Notes under the pieces: model-generated
Seen by the model: only the letters and a program-made list of their open reading frames with translations
Told to the model about the DNA's origin: nothing
Database searches by the model: none
DNA from: Dehalococcoidia bacterium
GTDB taxonomy: Bacteria; Chloroflexota; Dehalococcoidia; Lucifugimonadales; UBA3495
Length of the DNA: 64,000 nt
Assembly (NCBI GenBank): GCA_965197665.1
Contig: CBDANO010000005.1
Location: forward strand, 757,293 to 821,292
Direction: 5' to 3'
Made by a program: the position numbers and the translations under genes
Shown here: piece after piece, positions 20,418-28,053 of the stretch
Layout: each line of letters opens with the position of its first letter
Position numbering within the stretch: the first letter of the stretch is position 1

Positions 20418-20537
20418 AGCACCCCGCACCGATGGGGGCAAGCCCTGATATGTGGCAGTGCCGCCCGCACCGCCAACAGTGCTGCCTGGATGGGCCTACC
20501 AGCCGTAGTTGGGGCCACCCAGCGGATTAGAGGGGCC

Positions 20538-20559
20538 TTAAACTTTGCGCAAAGTTTAA
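20538..20559. promoter_or_regulatory. Perfect 22-bp palindrome TTAAACTTTGCGCAAAGTTTAA, candidate operator
   Basis: Perfect dyad located 50 nt upstream of ATG 20612 and followed by TAGTATAAAT (-10-like). Confidence 0.5.
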
Positions 20560-20611
20560 GAATAGTATAAATTACGTGGCTATACAGCTTCGAGCAAGGG
20601 GGACAGGTCAG

Positions 20612-20956
20612 ATGAACGTCAAAATGACATTGGAAGAAGCGATCATGGTTCAGGACATAAACGCAGCCATCCAGGAGGGGTGGATCAACACCACCACCCC
20701 GACCTTTACCGCTAGGGCGCTGGCGGTGGCGATTGAAAATACCGTAAGCCAGGGCGTGAATGTCGAGCGGAAGCTAACGGCGCTGCTGGACCGCATGGGC
20801 CTTCTTATGGACAGGCGAACATTCCGTCGAGACACCAAGACGTTGTTGAAGATTTTGCCGGAGTGGTGTCAAGAAGCCTCGCGTGTGAGAGAGAGTGTGG
20901 GCGTGGGTGCGATAGGCTCATCAGGCCTCGCGCCACAATCTTATTCTACGTGTTAA
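20612..20956 (+). CDS. Hypothetical small protein
   Basis: ATG at 20612 is preceded by GGGGGA. In frame with ORF 20576..20956. No family recognised. Confidence 0.45.
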   Translation: MNVKMTLEEAIMVQDINAAIQEGWINTTTPTFTARALAVAIENTVSQGVNVERKLTALLDRMGLLMDRRTFRRDTKTLLKILPEWCQEASRVRESVGVGAIGSSGLAPQSYSTC

Positions 20957-21330
20957 TGGCTAAATCTATAGTCCCCTCCCTATATTTCGGAGTATTTCGG
21001 ACTGCCGGAGGCTGTTGATGTTCACTTTGCTTCTGCCACCTAGACCGCGGTCGCCGGAACTCCTACCACCGCCACCGCCGCCGGAACCGATTTCGACGCC
21101 GGGGCCGATCTCCGGTATTCCAATGCCGCCGTCAGCCCCGCCGCCGCCAACTCCGACTCCGCCGTCCACGCCGGACCGCCCCCAAGACGCAGCCGGGACT
21201 TCCCTAACCCCAACGCCGACTCCAGGGCAGGGCCGCCCCCAAGACGCGGCCGGGACTTCAACGACCCCGGAGACAAGCGGCACTCCAGACCCCACCGCGC
21301 CGGCCTCGGGCTTCTAGGGCCAGACCCAGA

Positions 21331-21400
21331 GGTTCCGTTTGCTTTTAGGGGATAGTCTATGGTACCAGAGGAACGCCATCTCCTAAAAGCAAACGGAACC
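21331..21400 (+). repeat. 70-nt hairpin element, copy 1 (19-bp perfect stem GGTTCCGTTTGCTTTTAGG / CCTAAAAGCAAACGGAACC)
   Basis: Read directly. The stem extends imperfectly inward. The apical part contains CTATGGTACCAGA. Confidence 0.9.
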
Positions 21401-21456
21401 TGGACCAACTGACAGGTACGATTCTCCGATATCGACCTATCCTGTACACCAAGGTA

Positions 21457-22600
21457 TTGAATACCTTGGTGTCAGGCTACGAGAGAAGCGTACCATGTCA
21501 GTTGGTCGGGTTCCCGAGACTCGGTCGTTCATCTGGTACCATCAGCAACTATGCCCTAAAAGTCCTTACGGCGTCCCCGGACCCAGAGTATCGGAACGAG
21601 AAATTTGTCACCGACCGCATCCATAACTACTACTTCGCCAAAACAATGGATAAGCTCCGGCCCGGCGGCGTCATGGCTTTCGTCACCACTCACAACACCC
21701 TGGACGCACAGCGGGCCAAGGCCATCCGCGAGTGGTTGGCCCAGCGGTGCGACCTGGCGGGAGCGGTGCGGCTGCCCAGCGACGCCTTTCCCGATACCGA
21801 AGTCATTACGGACATTATCTATATGAGGAAGCGCCAGCCCGGTGAACCGGCGGGTGACGACAGTTGGGTTGAGACCCAACCGATTGAGCTGCCTACTTCG
21901 GCGGGCCGTGAGGCCGCCTACAATATCAACAGTTACTACGCCGACAATCCATCGGCCGTCCTGGGCCGGAACAACGCCGAAGGCTCGATGTACGGCCCAG
22001 GAGAATACTCAGTAGCCAGCGAGGACGACCGCCCCTTGGCGCAAGTCCTACCAGCAGCCGTGGCCAGAGTCAGTGCGGCGCCGCCCCGGATTAGCCCTGT
22101 GGCCGCCCCCATGCCAAGGGTTTCCGCCGAAGCCCGCGTCAGCACCAGCAGGCCCGAAGGCCAATATTTCATAGACGAGGACGGCTCCCTGAAGGTCGTC
22201 AAGCGGGACTATCAGAAGACCGAGGTCGGCAAGACCAAAAAGGGGAAACCCATCTACGAACATTTGCCAATCACCGGGTCGTATGTGGACACCCCCGTCT
22301 TCCGATACAAGGGTGGGGAAGACCGGGTTAGAAGCATGATGGCGATCCGCGACGACGCCCGTCGCCTGCTGGACCTGGAGAGCGCCGACGCGCCCACTGA
22401 GGAAATAACCGAACTCCGCGACACCCTAAAGGCCAAGTATACGGAGTTCGTTAAGAAGCACGGCAACCTGAACGCCCAACAGAACCAAGCCTTAATGCGG
22501 GCCGATCCAGACTCGGCTTTTCTGCGGGCGCTGGAGCGGCCCCACGGCGACCAGTGGTACTGTGCCGACGTATTCAGCAAGCGAGTGGTCGGCGGGGTTC
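21457..22600 (+). pseudogene. Internal fragment of a large N6-adenine DNA methyltransferase of the plasmid/ICE/phage type
   Basis: EKFVTDRIHNYYFAKTMDKLRPGGVMAFVTTHNTLDAQRAKAIREWLAQRCDLAGAVRLPSDAF...VITDIIYMRKRQ matches the region after motif IV of these enzymes. The N-terminal SAM-binding part and the usual C-terminal helicase part are absent. Bounded by the two hairpin elements. Confidence 0.6.
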
Positions 22601-22665
22601 CGTTTGCTTTTAGGGGATATCCTATGGTACCAGAAGACCGCTATCTCCTAAAAGCAAACGGAACC
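22596..22665 (+). repeat. 70-nt hairpin element, copy 2, same orientation as copy 1
   Basis: 65/70 identical to copy 1. All 5 differences lie in the central 30 nt and the 19-bp stem arms are identical. Here GG/CC flanks extend the stem to 22594..22667. Confidence 0.9.
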
Positions 22666-23915
22666 CCGCTGCTCAAACGTCTGCGCCCGCGTCCTCTGCC
22701 GGGCCTCCGCAGAGCCCCGCCGCCGACCGGCAACAACCGCCCCAACGACTCCCACACCAGCCAGGACCCAGAGATTGAGTGAAGAACTCGCGGCCCTGAA
22801 TGGGTCGCAAAGGAATGCCAGATACCTACTCCCGACCGCACGGTCGGGAGCCGGGGCTTCCTGCGAAGACCCCGGTGCAGCGTGTGGGATCCCCTCTTGG
22901 TTGACCACTTGTTGCGGTACACCATCTCTAGTGTGACCCTCCGCCTCTTCACCGTCTGGTAACGTATGCTGTTTCGGCTTCCCTTGCTATCCGTCGTTTC
23001 GACCGGCTCTCCACTGTTCCCAACACCAGGGACGGCCCCAGCTGCTGCCATGTCCTTGCCCCGTTTCCCGGCCACATCCATTCGGGCCACATCCGCCCAC
23101 TCCTTGAAGGGCGCTCCCACCTCGGCCGCTTCACCAGGCTTCTTCCCTTCCAGCGCCTCATGCTCCCTGAACAGGTTGTAAGTCAAGGTCCAGCCGTCCA
23201 GGTAGAGTTGCCCGCTTTTCTGATGGTAAAGGCCGCTCAGGGTCTCCGCCCGTTGCCTCTGGATTCTCTGTAGCCCTTCCGATAAGTCGTTGTCGACCTC
23301 GGCCCCCATCCTCCGGGACCGGATATGTCGGGCCCTGCGGAACACGTGTTTGATCGCCGCCTTGTATGGCCGCAGCTTGTAGGTCTTGATGATCCGGGGC
23401 GGGCTTACGGATGCTTTGGCCGCCTTCCGCATGACCGCTTCCGCTGCCGCCGCGTCCCGCTTTACAGTCAAGTGGGACGCTAGCATGTACCTGGTGTCCC
23501 GGTCCATGATATTCCAATTCCAGAGCCTCTTGCCCCCCACCTTCACCCGCATTTCGCCGGCCACCCACTCCCCCCCGGTGCGAGCCGGGTGGTTCTTCAT
23601 TTCCTCGAGGGCGGCGATGGTGTAGTCTTTTACCCACCCGTAGATGGTGGCCTTCGACGGCTCCGGTATGTCGTACATGTCGGCCATGCTCTCGGCGATT
23701 TGCTTGTAGGACATGCCCGAGTAGAACAATGCGATCGCCGTGCCAATCTGCCAGGTGGACATCCTCCGCCCATGAATGGCGCCGGTGTTGATGAACCGCT
23801 TGCCGCAATCCCGGCACCTGTACCGTTGTTTCCCGACCTGCCACCCGTCTTTAATGACATGCTCGCCGCCGCAGTACAGGCAGTTGACCTTTAAGCCCTT
23901 CGCAAATTGGTTCAT
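22641..23915 (-). CDS. Zinc-ribbon + IS6/IS240-like transposase homolog; catalytic D, D apparently substituted; C-terminal ~130 aa probably read-through
   Basis: N-terminus CLYCGGEHVIKDGWQVGKQRYRCRDCGKRF (InsA-like Zn ribbon) + HTH (MSYKQIAESM...ATIYGWVKDY). The core aligns by eye to IS26 Tnp26: WVAGEMRVKVGGKRLW vs WHMDETYVKVNGRWAY, IIKTYKLRPY vs INTDKAPAY, NDLSEGLQRIQRQR vs NNVIECDHGKLKR. Confidence 0.6.
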   Translation of the reverse strand: MNQFAKGLKVNCLYCGGEHVIKDGWQVGKQRYRCRDCGKRFINTGAIHGRRMSTWQIGTAIALFYSGMSYKQIAESMADMYDIPEPSKATIYGWVKDYTIAALEEMKNHPARTGGEWVAGEMRVKVGGKRLWNWNIMDRDTRYMLASHLTVKRDAAAAEAVMRKAAKASVSPPRIIKTYKLRPYKAAIKHVFRRARHIRSRRMGAEVDNDLSEGLQRIQRQRAETLSGLYHQKSGQLYLDGWTLTYNLFREHEALEGKKPGEAAEVGAPFKEWADVARMDVAGKRGKDMAAAGAVPGVGNSGEPVETTDSKGSRNSIRYQTVKRRRVTLEMVYRNKWSTKRGSHTLHRGLRRKPRLPTVRSGVGIWHSFATHSGPRVLHSISGSWLVWESLGRLLPVGGGALRRPGRGRGRRRLSSGVPFAFRR

Positions 23916-23983
23916 TTGACCCCTGAATCAGAATATCACATCGGAATGTGCTATAATGATCTAACACCTTTAAGAGAACGCTG

Positions 23984-24220
23984 TTGAGAGGTATGAACGA
24001 TAAGAACAGCCGGAATAACCCCCCGGTCTCCGGCAGGGACTCCTTCGAGTTCGGGGTAGTGGAGTTCAACTATAACCCCGGCCCAGACGCCCAGGACCGG
24101 CTGCGTCGCCTCTTCACCCTGCTGGTCAAGCACGCCACCAGGGGCTGGCCCGCCGCGCCGGAGAAAGACTCCCCTTCAGACACCCCGCCTGCAGGAGATC
24201 ATGCCGAGCCGGGACCCTGA
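23984..24220 (+). CDS. Hypothetical small protein
   Basis: 78-aa ORF whose stop overlaps the next ATG (TGATG). No family recognised. Confidence 0.35.
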   Translation: MRGMNDKNSRNNPPVSGRDSFEFGVVEFNYNPGPDAQDRLRRLFTLLVKHATRGWPAAPEKDSPSDTPPAGDHAEPGP

Positions 24221-25152
24221 TGCGCTCCCCCGGGTCCCTGACCGTTATCAGCCTCGGCGGGGGCGTGCAGTCACCGGTCATAGCTCTCATGGCCAACGAG
24301 AGCGCGTTTGACCGCGTCCCGAACCGTACCATCGCCGATACGAAGCGAGAGCCGCCGAGCATTCACACCAAGCTGGAATGGCTGACCGGCCAATTCGGAT
24401 CCCCCTTACGCGGTGGACAAGGTACCTGGCATACGGGAGGACGTCAAGGCCCGCGCCAACCACAGCTCCATGGACATCCTCGTCTACCTGAAGGGCAGTG
24501 GCGGACAGGGCGGCGGCAGTGCGCAGACAACTACAACATCAGCCCCGTCCGCCACAAGATACTCGCGCTGCTGGGACTCGGGAGTAGACAGCGGGTCCCC
24601 GCCGGAACCGTCGTCGAACTGTGGCTGGGCATATCCACCAACGAGGCCATTCGCATGAAGCCTTCCCGCGACCGTTGGATACGGAACCGGTGTCCCCTGA
24701 TCGGGGCAAGGCTGTTCAAGAGGGACTGCCTGGACTGGTGGGCGGCCCGCTACGACCGGCCCCTGGAGCGTTCGGCCCGCGTCGCCTGTACCTTCCAGTC
24801 CCGCCACAACTGGGTCGAGACGATGAGGAGGGGGCCCGGGCCGTCCAGTGGGGCCTTGGAGATCGACTCCCACCTGCAAGGCGGGCTGGCCCTCGACAAG
24901 CCCCCCACGCGCGTGCTTCAACGCTGCCCCTCCTTGAGGCGGTCCTGTTTGACGAGGCGGAGCTCGGAGGCGATGGGCAAAGGGACGGGTCCGGCAACGA
25001 GTGCGAGGCGCATTGCGGTGTCCGACCGGCCCGGCCATTGGCGCAGCGGCCCTTTGACGGCCGCCCGCCAAAGGAATACGATTCAAGGCATCAGTTGGCC
25101 CGCCGGTCCAGTCAACACCCCGGACCGCGGCGCCACCTGCAGGGACAGGTGA
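24220..25152 (+). pseudogene. PAPS-reductase/PP-loop family protein of the phage/ICE type, frameshifted
   Basis: PP-loop-like VISLGGGVQS. Then the frame is lost: the conserved continuation ...IREDVKARANHSSMDILVYLKGSGGQG lies in ORF 24413..24658. Returns with RRQCADNYNISPVRHKILALLGL...VELWLGISTNEAIRMKPSRDRWIRNRCPLI...RSARVACTFQSRHNW. Confidence 0.55.
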
Positions 25153-25241
25153 TGCGGTGATAGTTTACTACTCGCAGACCCGCTCCCGAACAGAAGGCGG
25201 GTCTTTTTGACTTTTGAGGCCACGAGTGAAAAGAGGCAATC

Positions 25242-26843
25242 ATGGCGAGAACCACACCTCAACAGCAGATCTACGGGCAAAGGGCGGCCATCTACGCCCG
25301 CGTCTCCCACCAGAGCCAGGCCGAGGAGGACAAGACCTCTATCTCCGAGCAGACCAGGGAGATGGAAGCCTACTGCCAGGTGAAGGGGCTGACCATCGTA
25401 GCGCGTTACCAGGAGGTGGGCCGCGGTTGGTCCAAGAAGCGCCCGGAGTTCCAGAGAATGCTGGCCGACGCCAAGCAGGGCCGCTTCGACACCATCGTCT
25501 GCTGGAAGTCCGACCGCCTCAGCCGGGGCATGTACCCCGCCGCCGCCCTGATGGAAGTGATCGAAGCCCACCAGATCCGCCTTGAAGCCGTGATGGACGC
25601 CATTGACCTGAAGACATTCGGTCTCATGGCGGCCATCGGAAAGATCGAACTGGACAATTTACGCGATCGCACATCCCTTGGCAGAAGAGGCGCCGCCAAG
25701 CAAGGGCGCATTCCATCCCACGGAATTCCCTACGGGTACCGTATCGGTGACGACGGCAAACCTTGCATAGAGGAGGTTGAGGCTGGCGTCGTACGACGAA
25801 TCTTTGATCAATATGTTCACGAAGAAATTGGAATTCCGTCTATAGCGCGCCGGTTGATGGACGATGGGGTTCCCACTGCGAAGCCAGCTGGCAAGAGGTG
25901 GCATGAATCTCACGTGCACCGCATCCTGGGAAACGGAGCCTACAAAGGGACCTGGTGGTACGGCAAGTCCCGGCAGATTTCGACTGAAGACGGAAGAAAA
26001 CGCTACCAACAACCGGAGGATACCTGGATACAAATCCCCTTCCCACCGCTGGTGGACGAGCAAACCTGGAACCGGGCACAGAGCCTTAAGAAGCTCCGCA
26101 TGAGCCGTGCGAAGCGCAATACCCGGGTGTTTTACATGTTGCAACATCTCGTGCGTTGTTCGGGCTGCGGCATGCTTCTGGGAGGACGAGCAACGAAGCA
26201 AAACACCGTACGCCGTAACGGGAAGCTCTACCACTATGATCTGGAACCCCCTCGACGCTACTACCAGTGCTACGGGATGCAAAAGCGTCTCTTCAGTTGC
26301 CGGAGACACCCGTTCATCCGGGCGGAACGGCTGGAGGACCTGATTTGGAGGGAAGTCGCCAAGGTAGTCCAGAACCCCCAAATAATCGTCGCTGGTATGG
26401 AGGCCCTTATCCCTAGTCAAGATACCGACCTGGCCGAGGAGATTGCCCAGGCCGAGCGCGGTCTACGGGACATACAGTCCGAAGAGGATCGGATGATACG
26501 ACTTTATGTCTCGGGGAAAATCGACGAAGACCAGCTTGATCGCCAACGCCAGTTCGTAACCGAACGATTAAAGCACTGTCGGGAACAACTGGAACGCTGC
26601 CGCGCTCGCGAGGTTGCGGCGAAAGACAAACGCGTCTTGGCTGGGCATATCGCACAGTGGGCGAGGACTATCGAACAGAGCCTGGATAGCCTGAGCTCCG
26701 AGGAGCGCAAAGAGGTCCTGGAATTCCTGTTAGATAGTGTCACGATCGACGGTGACAACAACGTCACCATCACCTTGACTATCCCCATACAAGATGCGGT
26801 TGCTATTGCCCCGCCGACAGCTTCATGCTGGTGGCGGCCATGA
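25242..26843 (+). CDS. Large serine recombinase (phage-integrase type)
   Basis: Resolvase catalytic domain AAIYARVSHQSQ...SISEQ...VCWKSDRLSR. Recombinase domain (GIPYGYRI...VRRIFDQY...IARRL). Zn-ribbon CSGCGMLLGG...YYQCYG. Coiled-coil tail. Confidence 0.9.
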   Translation: MARTTPQQQIYGQRAAIYARVSHQSQAEEDKTSISEQTREMEAYCQVKGLTIVARYQEVGRGWSKKRPEFQRMLADAKQGRFDTIVCWKSDRLSRGMYPAAALMEVIEAHQIRLEAVMDAIDLKTFGLMAAIGKIELDNLRDRTSLGRRGAAKQGRIPSHGIPYGYRIGDDGKPCIEEVEAGVVRRIFDQYVHEEIGIPSIARRLMDDGVPTAKPAGKRWHESHVHRILGNGAYKGTWWYGKSRQISTEDGRKRYQQPEDTWIQIPFPPLVDEQTWNRAQSLKKLRMSRAKRNTRVFYMLQHLVRCSGCGMLLGGRATKQNTVRRNGKLYHYDLEPPRRYYQCYGMQKRLFSCRRHPFIRAERLEDLIWREVAKVVQNPQIIVAGMEALIPSQDTDLAEEIAQAERGLRDIQSEEDRMIRLYVSGKIDEDQLDRQRQFVTERLKHCREQLERCRAREVAAKDKRVLAGHIAQWARTIEQSLDSLSSEERKEVLEFLLDSVTIDGDNNVTITLTIPIQDAVAIAPPTASCWWRP

Positions 26844-27319
26844 ATCCCTGCCCCTGCGGCTTCTATACTCACCCCAAGACCGAATGCACCTGTTCCCCTT
26901 CAAGCGTCGCCCGCTATCAGAGACGGGTCAGCGGCCCCTTGTTGGACCGGATCGACGTATTCGTGGAAGTGCCGCCCGTCGAGTATGAGAAACTCGTGGA
27001 TGAGGAGCCGGCCGAAGACTCGGCCCAGATGCGGCAACGGGTGGAGCGCGTCCGGGAGACTCAGCGTTCGAGATTTCGTGACAGCGGCTTCTTGTGCAAC
27101 TCGGAGATGGGTCCGGCCGAGGTCTGGGATTTCTGCCCTTTGGACGATTCCGCCAAGGCCTTGCTTCAGACGGCAACCCAGCGGCTGAACCTCTCCGCTC
27201 GGGCCTTTCACCGGATCCTCAAGGTCTCGCGCACCATCGCCGACTTGGACGACGCCAAGGAGATAAGCGTCGCCCACCTCGCCGAGGCTTTGCAGTACCG
27301 GTCCCGGAGCATTGGATAG
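26804..27319 (+). pseudogene. comM: 3' fragment (last ~170 codons) of comM/yifB (Mg-chelatase-like AAA+ competence protein)
   Basis: ...YCPADSFMLVAAMNPCPCGFY...RYQRRVSGPLLDRIDVFVEVPPV...NSEM...LNLSARAFHRILKVSRTIADLDD...ISVAHLAEALQYR is the conserved ComM C-terminus. No N-terminal Lon-like or AAA+ part occurs upstream in any frame. Confidence 0.85.
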
Positions 27320-27483
27320 CCCGGAGCATTGGATGGCGTTCGCTAAGGCCCCCACCCCTTGTACCGCCCAGACCCTCGGCTATGGCGCCATTGGCGAAGG
27401 AGAGTTGACCCCATCAAGTCCGGACCGTTACCCCTCGATAGCTCCCTTGTCAGCGGTGTTTCTTGGGGGCTATCATAAGCTCC

Positions 27484-28023
27484 ATGGATTCCAGCCGCGT
27501 CAGGTACCCTTTGGGGTCCCTCTCCAGTATCCAGGCCAAGACCTTTGGCGAGCCGGGGCATCGTACCTTCCATCTGGCCCTGGAGGCGGGCTTGGCTAGC
27601 TGCGTCGTTTGGCTGGAGAAAGAGCAGCTATTCCAATTGGGCATTCACTTGCAAGAGGTGGTCCAAAGATTGTCCTCCGAGGACCGGGAAGGCGGGAGCC
27701 GACCCGCCCAAGAGGCATGGTCCGGCGGGCAACTGTCCTTGGACTTCAAGGCGGGCCAGATGTCCTTGGAGTACGTGATAGAAACCAACTCCCTGGAATT
27801 GACGGCCTACGAAATCGAAGACCCCGAATCGGACGACACCTCGAGAGAAGGTTCCTCGGTTAGTTTTTGCATTACCATCGACCAAGCGGGAGACTTGGCT
27901 GAGGAAGCGTTGCGGATCTGCGCCGCCGGCCGGCCCCGCTGCTTCCTTTGCGGCTTGCCCATAAACCCCGAAGGACACGTGTGCCCCCGGTCCAACGGGC
28001 ACACTGCCTTCGAGACCGGCTAA
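27484..28023 (+). CDS. DUF3090-family protein
   Basis: FGEPGHRTFHLAL... and C-terminal GRPRCFLCGLPINPEGHVCPRSNGH are the family hallmarks. An upstream TTG at 27463 is an alternative start. Confidence 0.75.
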   Translation: MDSSRVRYPLGSLSSIQAKTFGEPGHRTFHLALEAGLASCVVWLEKEQLFQLGIHLQEVVQRLSSEDREGGSRPAQEAWSGGQLSLDFKAGQMSLEYVIETNSLELTAYEIEDPESDDTSREGSSVSFCITIDQAGDLAEEALRICAAGRPRCFLCGLPINPEGHVCPRSNGHTAFETG

Positions 28024-28053
28024 CCGAGAGCCTTCTCCGAACAGGACCGGCCG

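Noticed and set aside
20966-21317. Pro/Thr-rich ORF (21015..21317 +) and Gly-rich ORF (20966..21295 -) over the same DNA, with an internal direct repeat (GACCGCCCCCAAGACGC(A/G)GCCGGGACTTC twice).
   Set aside because: Low-complexity sequence is open on both strands and no start or RBS context favours either. It may be a fragment of a larger linker-containing protein cut by hairpin element copy 1. Not callable as a gene.
21331-22665. The hairpin elements as integron attC sites, or as retron or IS200/IS605 ends.
   Set aside because: There is no RYYYAAC/GTTRRRY core at the stem ends and no integron integrase, reverse transcriptase or Y1 HUH transposase nearby. The 19-bp perfect arms are also longer than typical IS200/IS605 subterminal hairpins.
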